64,000 nt of DNA, from IMG/VR virus record IMGVR_UViG_3300006149_000007; one strand, given 5' to 3'. A program made the translations under genes and the position numbers. The DNA comes from a virus. The notes beneath the pieces are model-generated. The model saw nothing but the letters and a program-made list of their open reading frames with translations, ran no database searches and was not told the origin of the DNA. Below, piece by piece: positions 23,745-33,832 of the stretch (within the stretch, counting starts at the first letter, position 1; each line of letters starts with the position of its first letter).

Positions 23745-25550
23745 TTGGAAGAAAGGAGGACTGCGCTTTTGTCTTTAGAACTTCAAAAAGCCATATCTGG
23801 CTATGAATCCTATATTGAGAAAAAAGGTTATACATACGAAGTGGCAAATGCCTACCATAATGCCGTGTTCTTTGCATCCGAAAAGGATAACGATTTGCAA
23901 GAAGCATTAAAAATATCTATCAGGGCGAAAGAAGTATTAAATCAATTCTGCGTAAATCAGTATAAAGGCGACATATGGGAGCTTGAAAAATTCTGTTTTG
24001 CCAACAAGACAGGGCATGAAATGGTGGATAAGTGGTATGAGATATTGAAGTTGGAAGCTCCGTATAAGTTTGAGAGTTTTATTTACTACATGGAGAAAAA
24101 CAGACCGTATGCAAAGCGGTTTTATCTTCCGAGAAGAAATCCTATGAAAATAGTTGTCAGTGACCTACAGGATTTAGAGGATAGGACAAGTGGTAAAAAA
24201 TTCTATGGTTTATCCATGCCAAGCCGTGTTGGAAAGTCCACTGACTGTATATTTTTTCTTTCGTGGATAGCCTTAAAACGCCCAAACAGTCACTCTGCTA
24301 TGGGTGGACACTCTGGAATACTTGCGAAAGGATTTTACAAGGAACTGATGAACCTAATCGCAACGCCAGAGTACACATTTAAAGAATTATTCGATTATCT
24401 GCACCCAGAATATCAAAATAGACCATTTCTGACAGATAAGAGTGCGGACGAATTTACAATCACATTGGGAGACTCAGACCGATTCGCAACAATCACTTGC
24501 CGAGGAATTGATGGAACATGGACGGGGGCTATTGACGTATCAGAGGACGGTTATCTGTATGTGGACGACCTTGTAAGGGACAGGCAGCATTCATTAAGTC
24601 CCCGAAGAATGGAAGAAACCTATCAAGAGTACCTAAACAAGATGGTTGACCGTAAAAATGATGGGGCAAGGGAGCTTATGGTAGGTACTCTATGGAATGT
24701 ATTAGACCCGTTGGAACGAATAAGAAAAGAGGAAAAAGACAATCCAAAGTATGGATTTAGAAAAATTCCTGCCTTAAATGAGAAAGATAAAAGTAATTTT
24801 GCTTATGAGATAAACGGATTTTCCACAAAATATTATCACGAAATGAGGGATAGGCTCGATAAAGCAGAGTGGATGGCTAAATTCATGCAGCAGCCGTTTG
24901 TAAGAGAGGGATTATTATTCCCGACAGATGAATTACAATTTTTTAACGGAATATTGCCAGACGGAGATTTTCGGATTGTTGCGGTAGTTGACGTAGCCTG
25001 GGGCGGCGGCGACAGCTTATCAATGCCAATCGGTGCAGAATATGAAAGTGGAGACGTATATGTGTTTGCATGGGTATTTAACAAAGGGGCAAAAGAAGTC
25101 ACATTACCACTTGTGACAGGGCAAATCATAAACAACCGCATAAGACAGATACGGTTTGAGGGAAACACGGGCGGAGATTTGTACTGCAAATATGTTGATG
25201 AAATGTTGCAAAAGCAAGGGTGGAAATGTAGCTGCACACACAGAAAAGCACCTAACACTATGGAGAAAATGTCCAAAATTATAGCATATTCGGGAGATAT
25301 AAAGAGAAAGTATCATTTTCTGACTTCAAAGATACCAACGCAAAAAGAACGAGAGAGGGATAATGAGTTAGGCATTGTTCGGTATGTCAGAGATAAAGAA
25401 TATCAAGATGCTATGGACGAACTGGAAACCTTTGTAACGATAGGAAAAAACGACCACGAAGACGCAGCAGACGGATTAACACAGCTTGAAATGTTTATAG
25501 AAAATCCGGGCGGAATAAGGCAAACAATCATAATGCCAAGCCCAATCTAA
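23745..25550 (+). CDS. terL: terminase large subunit
   Basis: Walker A-like SRVGKST and Walker B-like YLYVDDLV. C-terminal nuclease region carries acidic motifs. True start may be TTG 23769, after AGGAGGA. Confidence 0.85.
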   Translation: MEERRTALLSLELQKAISGYESYIEKKGYTYEVANAYHNAVFFASEKDNDLQEALKISIRAKEVLNQFCVNQYKGDIWELEKFCFANKTGHEMVDKWYEILKLEAPYKFESFIYYMEKNRPYAKRFYLPRRNPMKIVVSDLQDLEDRTSGKKFYGLSMPSRVGKSTDCIFFLSWIALKRPNSHSAMGGHSGILAKGFYKELMNLIATPEYTFKELFDYLHPEYQNRPFLTDKSADEFTITLGDSDRFATITCRGIDGTWTGAIDVSEDGYLYVDDLVRDRQHSLSPRRMEETYQEYLNKMVDRKNDGARELMVGTLWNVLDPLERIRKEEKDNPKYGFRKIPALNEKDKSNFAYEINGFSTKYYHEMRDRLDKAEWMAKFMQQPFVREGLLFPTDELQFFNGILPDGDFRIVAVVDVAWGGGDSLSMPIGAEYESGDVYVFAWVFNKGAKEVTLPLVTGQIINNRIRQIRFEGNTGGDLYCKYVDEMLQKQGWKCSCTHRKAPNTMEKMSKIIAYSGDIKRKYHFLTSKIPTQKERERDNELGIVRYVRDKEYQDAMDELETFVTIGKNDHEDAADGLTQLEMFIENPGGIRQTIIMPSPI

Positions 25551-25565
25551 AGGAGGATTGCATAC

Positions 25566-26006
25566 ATGACAACCAAGGAATATTTATCTCAAATAAGTAG
25601 ACTTGACCGCATGATAAAAAATAAGCTGACAGAATTGGCACAGTTAAAGGAATTATCATACGGATTATCCGCCATACCAAACGAAGAAAGAGTGCAGACA
25701 ACACCTAACCACGACAAAATCGGTACAGCGTTTTGTAAAATAGAATCAATGGAAGAAAGTATTGATAAACTGATAGATGAATATGTGGATAAGAAAAATG
25801 AGATAATCTCACAAATTGACAGCATGGAAGATGAAACACATTATGATGTCCTATTTTCAAGATACATAGAAAAAAAGACTTTTGAAAAAATTGCTACGGA
25901 TATGCACTACTCATTCCGAAACACAACAAGGTTGCATGGCAGGGCATTGCAGGAATTTGAAAAGAAATATGGAGAATTATATCTTGAAAGTGAAAATGTG
26001 TCCTAG
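25566..26006 (+). CDS. sigma-70 region-4-like phage transcription regulator (DUF1492-like)
   Basis: C-terminal YDVLFSRYIEKKTFEKIATDMHYSFRNTTRLHGRALQEFEK is an HTH of sigma r4 type. Confidence 0.5.
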   Translation: MTTKEYLSQISRLDRMIKNKLTELAQLKELSYGLSAIPNEERVQTTPNHDKIGTAFCKIESMEESIDKLIDEYVDKKNEIISQIDSMEDETHYDVLFSRYIEKKTFEKIATDMHYSFRNTTRLHGRALQEFEKKYGELYLESENVS

Positions 26007-26084
26007 AATGTCCTATTGATATTTTGATATAGTTATACTCGAAGAACGTACAGAGTTTTCATTGAAAATACTCCCGAACGAAAA

Positions 26085-26112
26085 GGCGTTGCACGGCGGC
26101 AGCGTCTTTTTT
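26085..26112 (+). terminator. leader terminator/attenuator
   Basis: GGCGTTGC/GCAGCGTC 8-bp stem (2 G-U pairs) followed by TTTTTT. Confidence 0.5.
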
Positions 26113-26142
26113 CGTGGGGAAAACGATTTAAGGAGGGGAAAC

Positions 26143-26370
26143 ATGAGGACACGAAACATAATCCCCGACTTCACAAAACCAGAAATTGATTACATCATAG
26201 AGAACGCCAACTTTACCGAGCAGGAATTACAGTTTTTCAATCTGCGGAATAAGGAATACTCCTACGAACTCTGCGCCGAGGAAATGAATGTTGGCGTAAC
26301 GACGGTAAAGAAGATTGCGAAAAAGACCATGAATAAGATTTTGAAAGTCATAGCACATATGGATATTTGA
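26143..26370 (+). CDS. small sigma-r4/ArpU-like late regulator
   Basis: LQFFNLRNKEYSYELCAEEMNVGVTTVKKIAKKTMNKI. Confidence 0.45.
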   Translation: MRTRNIIPDFTKPEIDYIIENANFTEQELQFFNLRNKEYSYELCAEEMNVGVTTVKKIAKKTMNKILKVIAHMDI

Positions 26371-26394
26371 TTTGCGTGGAAAGAGAGGGTAATT

Positions 26395-26628
26395 ATGGAT
26401 TTGGCAACAGATTTAGATAGACGAGTAAAAAAGATGAAACAAGATTTACGGTTTGGACTTAAACCCAAAAACTGCAAGCATTGTTATGGAGCAAGTGCTG
26501 GAGTTATGGGTGTTCATTATTCTTGTGACTGTGAAAAAAGTAAGATGTACCGAAGTTATCCGCTTATTATGTGTCCGCAAGATTGTGAATTTTATGAAAA
26601 AGAAGAACAAGCAACTACCGAGAAATAA
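26395..26628 (+). CDS. Cys-rich small protein
   Basis: 77-aa ORF with CKHC, SCDC and CPQDC. Confidence 0.4.
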   Translation: MDLATDLDRRVKKMKQDLRFGLKPKNCKHCYGASAGVMGVHYSCDCEKSKMYRSYPLIMCPQDCEFYEKEEQATTEK

Positions 26629-26658
26629 TCGGCGGTTGTTTTTATTTTGGAGGGAATT

Positions 26659-26823
26659 ATGAAATTTTGCATACACGACTGGAAACGGATAGAAAAAGCA
26701 AAACACGCCTATTACGATTATGGCGGCATGGAAGTATTGACTGCTATGTGCGTGTGTAAGAAATGTGGAAAGAAAAAAGTCCGTAAATTTGCAGGAAAAT
26801 ATGTCGGACAGTTGTTCGGTTAG
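26659..26823 (+). CDS. small Cys-containing protein (54 aa)
   Basis: RBS GGAGGG upstream. Below the ORF-track cutoff. Confidence 0.3.
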   Translation: MKFCIHDWKRIEKAKHAYYDYGGMEVLTAMCVCKKCGKKKVRKFAGKYVGQLFG

Positions 26824-26833
26824 ATGGTGCGAT

Positions 26834-27034
26834 ATGAAGAAATATAAACCAGTAAAAATACTTTGCCCAAAATGTAATTCTTATGTAGGAACATGGGACG
26901 GGCGGCCAACAATGAATTTTATCGCAAGATGTAGCAAATGCAGAAAGCGTGTTGTTTACCATGTTGAAAGTGGAGAGATTGAATTAAAACCGTTGCCGCT
27001 AAGAACGTGCGGTAGCGGTTTAACTTTTTGTTAG
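26834..27034 (+). CDS. Com-like zinc-ribbon protein
   Basis: ILCPKCNSYVG...IARCSKCRKRVVY is a two-CxxC architecture like the Mu Com translational activator. Confidence 0.4.
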   Translation: MKKYKPVKILCPKCNSYVGTWDGRPTMNFIARCSKCRKRVVYHVESGEIELKPLPLRTCGSGLTFC

Positions 27035-27045
27035 GCGGTGGTTAA

Positions 27046-28602
27046 ATGCAGTATGGCAGAAAAATTTTATATACAGATGAGCCGGAAATCACATACGAAA
27101 ACATCATTGGCGTTGTTCAAAAAGTAATTTCCGACCACGAAAGCAACGCAAGCGAAATTGACCGCCTAATTCGTTATGACGCAGGGGAGCAGGAAAAAAC
27201 ACGCATTAAAACATACCGTAGCGATATTGACAACTGGTGCGTGGATAACTTAGCAAATGAAGCGGTAGAATTTTGGCTTGGTTATTTATGGTCTAACCCT
27301 ATGACACTTGTACAGACAGATGAACTTGAAGAATCAAGGAAAGGTGTAATTGCAGGAATATCAGCACTGAACAGGTGTTATCGGGCAGAGAAAATAAAAA
27401 AGAAAAATCAGAAGTTAGGGCGTTTTGTTGAAATCGGAGCATTGGGATATACTCATGTTTCCACAAACGAAGAATGGCAAGAGGGAGATAGCTACTTCAA
27501 ATTAGAAGCATTAGACCCTAGAACAGCCTTTGTTATTCGGTCAAGTTACTATATAGACCAACGTGTCATGCTTGGTGTGACATTTAGAAAAGACGACCAA
27601 GGAAACAGATTTTTTACTTGCTATAGTAAAGATAGACGGTTTGAGATTAAAAACCTAATAGAAATCGTAAATGGAGAAAAAACAGGAAAAATCATATGGG
27701 GACATGACTTGCGAAGCGGAGAAGAAAACCCATTGCATATAGTGCCTATAGTGGAATGGATAAGAAGTTATGACCGTATGGGATTGTTTGAACGCCAAAA
27801 GCCGGAAATGGATAACTTAAATCTTCTTATTTCTGACTTTACAAATGATGTCGACCAAAATACACAGGCAATGTGGCACTCGAATGATGTAGAATTTCCG
27901 ACAGAGAAGATTAAATTATCTGACGGAACAGAAAAAGAAGTTGCAGTTAAACCAAAATCGGGCGAGTGGTTGCAGACATTCACGCCACAGGACGGTAAAA
28001 CACCGATTGTTGAGGCACTGGCTATTAACTACGACTATCCCGGAATGCTACAAAACATTATTACAAGGCGAGCATTGATTTTGCAAAAGATGAATGTTCC
28101 ACAGAGAAACGACAACAGCGGAGGCAGTACAGGAGTTGCGATGTCAGACGCTACCGGTTGGAGTGCGGCTGAAATGGCGGCAAGCAAACAGCAAAACATT
28201 ATGGAAGATTGCAAAATGGAGGAAGTAAAGGTTGTATTGGCGGCAATAAAAAATTCAAGTTTTATAAAGCCAGACAATCCGCTTTTGAAACTTACCATAT
28301 CCGATATTCAAGCAAACACAAACAGACAAAAGACCTATGAACTTACCGTAAAAACAAATGCCATGTGTACTTTGCTTGCAAAAGGTTTTGACCTTGACGA
28401 TGTTTTGACGATTGCGCCGCTATTCTCTGACCCAAACCAAGTGTCAGTAAGAAGTGGGGCAGGGGTAAGGAGATACCAAGAGGCAAATATATTTAATACC
28501 GCAACACAAACAGAAAAAACAGAAAAAAAACGACCATTCCCTGATTATTCAGACCAAGAGAGCAATTCGCCAAACATTGGAGGAATGGAAATAGAAAATT
28601 AG
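27046..28602 (+). CDS. portal protein
   Basis: 518 aa. Lies between TerL and the scaffold/capsid genes, with an SPP1 gp6-like size. Confidence 0.8.
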   Translation: MQYGRKILYTDEPEITYENIIGVVQKVISDHESNASEIDRLIRYDAGEQEKTRIKTYRSDIDNWCVDNLANEAVEFWLGYLWSNPMTLVQTDELEESRKGVIAGISALNRCYRAEKIKKKNQKLGRFVEIGALGYTHVSTNEEWQEGDSYFKLEALDPRTAFVIRSSYYIDQRVMLGVTFRKDDQGNRFFTCYSKDRRFEIKNLIEIVNGEKTGKIIWGHDLRSGEENPLHIVPIVEWIRSYDRMGLFERQKPEMDNLNLLISDFTNDVDQNTQAMWHSNDVEFPTEKIKLSDGTEKEVAVKPKSGEWLQTFTPQDGKTPIVEALAINYDYPGMLQNIITRRALILQKMNVPQRNDNSGGSTGVAMSDATGWSAAEMAASKQQNIMEDCKMEEVKVVLAAIKNSSFIKPDNPLLKLTISDIQANTNRQKTYELTVKTNAMCTLLAKGFDLDDVLTIAPLFSDPNQVSVRSGAGVRRYQEANIFNTATQTEKTEKKRPFPDYSDQESNSPNIGGMEIEN

Positions 28603-28661
28603 CTATCAAGCGTTTAGAGAAATCTAAACGCTTTTTATATTGTCAGGAGAAGTGACATTAA

Positions 28662-29330
28662 ATGGAGCGAACGCCGGAGAAGGGCGGTAAAACGAGCGAA
28701 TTTAAGGAAAGGAAGGTAAAAAAAATCATGGAAGAAACAACAAAGAATGTAACTGAAAATCAGCAGACGGAAAAACCAGAAGGGCAACAGGAAACCAACA
28801 CAAAGCCGGAAAACCAGCAGGAAACCAAAACATCGAACGAGGAGTATATGGCTCAAATCGCAGAGTTAAAAGTTCAAGTGCAAAAATTGCAAAACAAAAA
28901 TAATGCTCTTAGTTCTGAGAACGCAGAACAGAAAAAGGCAATTCGGGCAAAGCAGACCGCAGAGGAAGCAGAGGCAGAGGAAAAAGCTGAGGCGCAGCGT
29001 AAATCGGATGAAGAAAAAGAGGCAATGCGAAAAGAACTGAACCACATCAAGGCGGTTGCGGCTTATAAGAACATTCCTGATGAAAAGACGGTGGAAAACC
29101 TAATTGCGGCGATTGATGAAAACGACCACGCCTCCATTTCGGCCATTATCGAAAGGGAAAAGGAAAAGGCAGTCAAAGAGGCTAAGGCAGAGTGGCAGAA
29201 GTCCATTCCGCAGCCGCAGTTTGGAACGGGAGAGTATTCTTCCATGAGTAAAAAAGACATTATGGCAATCAAGGACACAGCCGAGAGGCAGAAAGCAATT
29301 TTAGCGAACAGACAGATGTTCGGAATTTAA
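28662..29330 (+). CDS. scaffolding protein
   Basis: E/K/Q-rich helical 222-aa protein immediately upstream of the capsid gene. Confidence 0.6.
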   Translation: MERTPEKGGKTSEFKERKVKKIMEETTKNVTENQQTEKPEGQQETNTKPENQQETKTSNEEYMAQIAELKVQVQKLQNKNNALSSENAEQKKAIRAKQTAEEAEAEEKAEAQRKSDEEKEAMRKELNHIKAVAAYKNIPDEKTVENLIAAIDENDHASISAIIEREKEKAVKEAKAEWQKSIPQPQFGTGEYSSMSKKDIMAIKDTAERQKAILANRQMFGI

Positions 29331-29350
29331 GAAAGGATAGGTAAATAAAA

Positions 29351-30262
29351 ATGGCAGGAGTAACAAGAGAAACACCAGAAACAAATTTGATTAAGAGCGC
29401 AGACCTTGCGAGAGTTCGTGAGGTCGATTTTGTTTATATGTTTGGAGAAACATTGGCAAAGCTCATTGAGGCATTGGGTATCACAAGAAAGATTCCAAAG
29501 CAGGCAGGAACAGTTTTGAAGTATTACAAGGCGGTCGGTACGCTTGAAAGCGGGCAGGTGCCGGAAGGTCAGCTTATTCCGCTTTCCCATTACCGCACAG
29601 AGCCGGTAGATTTTGAGGAAATCAAGCTGGAGAAGTGGAGAAAGGCAACGACCGCAGAGGCGATTATGGATAAGGGATATGAGCAGGCAGTCCTTATGAC
29701 AAATGCGGAGATGAAGAAAGATATCCAGAAGGACATCAGGAAGAAGTTTTTCGCCTCCCTTGCAAAAGGCACAGGAACAGCAAGCGGAGCAAAGTTACAG
29801 CCCGCCCTTGCGAACGCATGGGGCAAGTTACAGGTGCTTTTTGAAGATGACGCAATCGACGCTGTATATTTCCTCAACCCGGAAGATGTTGCGGAATATC
29901 TCGGCGAGGCTCAAATTATCGCACAGACCGCTTTTGGAATGACCTACATCGTAAATTTCCTCGGTCTTGGAACGGTCATTATGAACGGTTCTGTACCGAA
30001 AGGCACATTTTATGCAACTGCAAAGAACAACCTTATCTTGTACTATATTAACGCAGCAGAATCCGACCTTGCCCTTGCGTTTGATTTGACAATGGACGAG
30101 TTGGGGCTTATCGGTATGCACGAGGAACCGGATTACAAGACTATGACTGCTGAAATGGTTGCGACTTCCGGCATTACGCTGTTTGCAGAGCGTATTGACG
30201 GCGTGGTAGTCGGAACAATCGGAGGCGGCGTGGCAGGAGCAAGCGAAGAAACAGGAGCGTAA
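29351..30262 (+). CDS. major capsid protein
   Basis: 303 aa with strong RBS, positioned after the scaffold gene. Confidence 0.75.
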   Translation: MAGVTRETPETNLIKSADLARVREVDFVYMFGETLAKLIEALGITRKIPKQAGTVLKYYKAVGTLESGQVPEGQLIPLSHYRTEPVDFEEIKLEKWRKATTAEAIMDKGYEQAVLMTNAEMKKDIQKDIRKKFFASLAKGTGTASGAKLQPALANAWGKLQVLFEDDAIDAVYFLNPEDVAEYLGEAQIIAQTAFGMTYIVNFLGLGTVIMNGSVPKGTFYATAKNNLILYYINAAESDLALAFDLTMDELGLIGMHEEPDYKTMTAEMVATSGITLFAERIDGVVVGTIGGGVAGASEETGA

Positions 30263-30275
30263 AAGGAGTGATTGT

Positions 30276-30635
30276 ATGTATGAGGTAATCCATTACTTTA
30301 CCGACTTGCAGGACAATGAATATCCGTACAATGTGGGGGATATATTTCCTCGCGACGGATTGGCGGTCAGTGAGAAACGGATAAAGGAACTTTCGGGCAG
30401 TAACAACAAGCAGTATAAACCGCTGATTAAACTTGTGGAGGAAGAACTACCGTTTACCGACAATGACATTGAGTTAGAGGAAGATTCGGCGAAGAAGAAA
30501 TACACAAAATCCGAAATTAACCGCATGAGTACCGCAGAATTGCAGAACTTAGCGGCGTCAGAGGGCATTGAGAACGCTTTTGAAACAAGCGGAAGTAAGT
30601 TAAAAGACATTCTGGCAGAACATTTCGGTCTGTAA
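30276..30635 (+). CDS. hypothetical head-associated protein with C-terminal HeH/Rho-N-like motif
   Basis: MSTAELQNLAASEGIENAFETSGSKLKDILAEHFGL. Confidence 0.4.
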   Translation: MYEVIHYFTDLQDNEYPYNVGDIFPRDGLAVSEKRIKELSGSNNKQYKPLIKLVEEELPFTDNDIELEEDSAKKKYTKSEINRMSTAELQNLAASEGIENAFETSGSKLKDILAEHFGL

Positions 30636-30648
30636 AGGCGGTGGAACT

Positions 30649-31005
30649 ATGGAAGAAATCGACAGCAGCATGACCGTAGGGCTTGAACAGGAGATTTTTG
30701 CAGACCTCTCCACTGAACTGTCCGCATCTGATGAGAATTTGAATGAAACTCTCCTGCTGTCAAAGGTCAGAAATGCCATGCGAGAGGTCAAGAGGGCAAG
30801 GAATTACCCTAAAAGTTATACGGACAGCCAGATTGAAGTGGATATGTACGATTATTTCAGTAACATACGGAATATCGCACTGTATGACTACAATCAAATC
30901 GGGAATGAGGGGCAACAGTCCGGTAGCGAGAATGGCACTAGCCGTTCATACGTGGATAGAAACACATATTTTTCCGGCATATGCCCATTTGTAAGGGTTT
31001 TGTAG
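30649..31005 (+). CDS. head-tail connector (gp6-like)
   Basis: Called from size and position only. Sequence includes LLLSKVRNAMREVKRARNYP. Confidence 0.5.
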   Translation: MEEIDSSMTVGLEQEIFADLSTELSASDENLNETLLLSKVRNAMREVKRARNYPKSYTDSQIEVDMYDYFSNIRNIALYDYNQIGNEGQQSGSENGTSRSYVDRNTYFSGICPFVRVL

Positions 31006-31114
31006 AAGATTGTGCGTGGCTGTCCTATTGCGGTGCGGTAGGGCGGTTGCAGGGTGTCCGTCATCAAGCGGTGGAGGGCAGACGGATTTAAGAAACAGAA
31101 AGGATTGATAAGTT

Positions 31115-31507
31115 ATGACATTACCAATCGTTATCAGCCTTGCAGGAGTGGCGATAAGCCTTGTATCTGTAAGTGCTATGATTTATTTCAACAAAAAGAA
31201 TGGAAAACATACCGATGATGAAGATTTGAAAGAACAAATCAGAGAAAAAATGAACGACTTAAAAGAGCGTGAACGAGAGAGAGCGAAAGACATTGAGGAC
31301 AGGACAAGGGAAAATACGATTATCAATACAAAACTTGACAATATCAATTTTTCCAATCAGGAAATCAAAGACAGGCTAAATTCTGCAATAAAGCAGATAC
31401 AAGACCACGGCGACCGACTTATTAAAGTTGAGGAAAGTGTGAAATCTGCTCATCATCGGTTAAACACCCTTGAGGAGCGTATTGAGGAAAAGGAGGACAA
31501 AAAATAA
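31115..31507 (+). CDS. N-terminal TM plus coiled-coil protein (XhlA-like?)
   Basis: TM segment LPIVISLAGVAISLVSVSAMIYF followed by a long charged helix. Precedes the holin-like gene. Confidence 0.35.
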   Translation: MTLPIVISLAGVAISLVSVSAMIYFNKKNGKHTDDEDLKEQIREKMNDLKERERERAKDIEDRTRENTIINTKLDNINFSNQEIKDRLNSAIKQIQDHGDRLIKVEESVKSAHHRLNTLEERIEEKEDKK

Positions 31508-31770
31508 TGGATATAATGCAAATCGGAAGCGTAACAGCTATTGTTGTGATAGCGTATTTAATCGGACTTGGAGCAAAGAACATTTCCACGATCAAAGACG
31601 AGACGATCCCTGTTATCGTCGGCGTATGCGGCGGTATCTTGGGCGTTGCCGGAATGTTCGTCATGCCTGATTTTCCGGCACATGACATTCTGAACGCTAT
31701 CGCAATTGGAATTGTCAGCGGACTTGCAAGCACTGGCGTAAATCAGGTATGGAAACAGGCTAAGAAGTAG
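31507..31770 (+). CDS. putative holin
   Basis: 87 aa with 2-3 TM segments and a charged C-terminus (WKQAKK). Confidence 0.5.
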   Translation: MDIMQIGSVTAIVVIAYLIGLGAKNISTIKDETIPVIVGVCGGILGVAGMFVMPDFPAHDILNAIAIGIVSGLASTGVNQVWKQAKK

Positions 31771-31781
31771 GAGGATTTTCT

Positions 31782-32063
31782 ATGAAATACAGAAAGAAAC
31801 CCGTTGTAATTGATGCTGTTCAGTGGAACGGATTGAACCTTGAGGAAATCAAAGAGTTTGTCGGTAAAGATTTGGAGTACAACATTCTTGATACAGCCTG
31901 GGAAGTAGGCGAAGGAGCACCTCATGTGATTATGAAAATACATACATTAGAGGGTGACATGGAAGTGAGCAAGGAAGATTTCGTTATCAAGGGTGTAAAT
32001 GGAGAGTTTTACCCTTGCAAACCAGACATCTTTGAAAAGACCTATGAGGCGGTGGTTGATTGA
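31782..32063 (+). CDS. conserved phage protein, copy A of a duplicated gene
   Basis: [12 protein letters not shown]...[18 protein letters not shown]. Paralog of 33833..34117. Confidence 0.5.
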   Translation: MKYRKKPVVIDAVQWNGLNLEEIKEFVGKDLEYNILDTAWEVGEGAPHVIMKIHTLEGDMEVSKEDFVIKGVNGEFYPCKPDIFEKTYEAVVD

Positions 32064-32500
32064 GAACCCTCCGAAAAAACAAACAATCCATGAAATACGC
32101 CCTCCAAAACGCCGAAATCCCAATCTACCAAACAGACGAGGACGGCAACATTCTCTACTACGAGGACAGCGAGGGAAACAAGATACCGCTTGAAACAGGA
32201 GAAACGGAGATAGGTTTTGGTGAGCCTATTCCTTTTTTGGCTAACATCAATAATAAACTTGATGAAGTCGCATGGCGTGAGTATGGGATTGACAACTCCA
32301 CGAATTACGCCCAAATCGTAGCGAGCAAAAATGTTTTGCCATTAAAGGCAGGAAGTATCATATGGAAAAAGTCGGAAGTCGGATATAAAGACGAGGCACA
32401 TACAATTATTGATGATACAACCGCTGATTATGTAGTAAAAGGCGTTGCAGACGAGGGATTGTCGGTTGACTTGTTTCTGTTGCAGAAGAATTTGAAGTGA
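32060..32500 (+). CDS. hypothetical structural protein
   Basis: 146-aa ORF with overlapping stop/start. Confidence 0.4.
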   Translation: MRTLRKNKQSMKYALQNAEIPIYQTDEDGNILYYEDSEGNKIPLETGETEIGFGEPIPFLANINNKLDEVAWREYGIDNSTNYAQIVASKNVLPLKAGSIIWKKSEVGYKDEAHTIIDDTTADYVVKGVADEGLSVDLFLLQKNLK

Positions 32501-32509
32501 GGTGAAAGT

Positions 32510-32674
32510 ATGGCAAAGAAAGAATTATTTGAGCATAAATGCGAGAAATGCGGAAAACCGCAACCAAAAGACGAAAGCAAGTCTAATGGAAATTGGGATG
32601 TTTACAAGACAAATCAGACTTGCGAATGTGGCGGTAAATTCGTTACATATGTAAACGGTCAGAAAATGGGGTAG
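32510..32674 (+). CDS. small zinc-ribbon protein (54 aa)
   Basis: CEKCGK...CECGG. Below the ORF-track cutoff. Confidence 0.3.
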   Translation: MAKKELFEHKCEKCGKPQPKDESKSNGNWDVYKTNQTCECGGKFVTYVNGQKMG

Positions 32675-32678
32675 CGGT

Positions 32679-32942
32679 ATGACAACAAGAGAGTTTGAAG
32701 ATTTCTTGGAAAAAGAAATTATGACAGAGGAAGATAAAAAGAATATCTTTGCCCCGCCGCTTGAACCGCAGATTGCATTAAACATTCTGATTGAACATTT
32801 TCTCGGAAAAGACTGGTACACTCCTAACCCAATCGGAGTAAAGCAAGTGAATACAGAAGCGGTGCATGAAATTCTTAACAAATACCCAAAGAAAAAAGGA
32901 TTACTTGAAAGGCTGGTGGAATTTTGGAAAAGAAAACAGTAA
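32679..32942 (+). CDS. hypothetical protein
   Basis: 87-aa ORF. Confidence 0.4.
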   Translation: MTTREFEDFLEKEIMTEEDKKNIFAPPLEPQIALNILIEHFLGKDWYTPNPIGVKQVNTEAVHEILNKYPKKKGLLERLVEFWKRKQ

Positions 32943-33289
32943 ATATTCTTGGATCGGAATACACGATTGAGAAAAAGGCATACAAAGACGAACCTACATT
33001 TGAAAAACGTGGAATTGATGGATATTGCGATGGACGGTTAAGGAAAATTGTACATTGCGATATGGTAACACACCCGATTATGAAAGAAGAACCAGAAGAA
33101 TATTGCAAGGTTTGTGAAAAGCAGACACTTAGACACGAAATTATTCACGGATTTTTCAACGAATCGGGGCTTATGGAAAGTTCTGCACAATATACAAGCG
33201 GTTGGTCACAAAATGAAGAAATGGTTGACTGGTTCGCAATCCAATCTCCAAAGATTTTCAAGGTGTTTCAGGAATTGGATATTTTGTAG
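32924..33289 (+). CDS. HExxH metallopeptidase-like protein
   Basis: LRHEIIHGFFNESG motif. Confidence 0.5.
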   Translation: MEKKTVNILGSEYTIEKKAYKDEPTFEKRGIDGYCDGRLRKIVHCDMVTHPIMKEEPEEYCKVCEKQTLRHEIIHGFFNESGLMESSAQYTSGWSQNEEMVDWFAIQSPKIFKVFQELDIL

Positions 33290-33301
33290 GAGTGGTAGCC
33301 T

Positions 33302-33832
33302 ATGGCAAAGAAAATTCTGAAAAGCGACCTGTCAGTCAGCGGAATTAAGGCACTCCAAAAGGAGTTGGAGAAATACCGAGATAGCCTAACCTATAAAGCC
33401 AGACTTCTTGCGGAAAAACTTAGCGAGCGTGGCGTAGAAATTTCCAGAGTACAGATAGCCGACCTTGACGCAATTTTTACGGGAGAGCTGATACAGAGTT
33501 TGCACAGCGAGTACAAGAACAGTACACCGTATGGGGCGATATTTGCAATCGTGACCGACAGCGACCATGCGGCATTTGTGGAGTTCGGAACCGGACAGCG
33601 AGGAGAAGATAAACCATATCCCTATCCTCTGCCAGAAGGCGTGAGCTGGGATTACAATGTCGGTAAGACGATACGGCAGAACGCAGTAACGGGTAGATAT
33701 TACTGGTTTTATCCAGGGCAGGACGGATTGTGGCACTATACAGAGGGAATGCCCTCTCGTCCTTTTATGTACCTGACAAGCATGGAACTAATAAGAGAAG
33801 TGCCTAAAATCGCAAAGGAGGTGTTTAAGTAA
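33302..33832 (+). CDS. HK97 gp10-family head-tail joining protein
   Basis: ...TDSDHAAFVEFGTGQRGE is a pattern typical of the gp10 family. Confidence 0.6.
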   Translation: MAKKILKSDLSVSGIKALQKELEKYRDSLTYKARLLAEKLSERGVEISRVQIADLDAIFTGELIQSLHSEYKNSTPYGAIFAIVTDSDHAAFVEFGTGQRGEDKPYPYPLPEGVSWDYNVGKTIRQNAVTGRYYWFYPGQDGLWHYTEGMPSRPFMYLTSMELIREVPKIAKEVFK

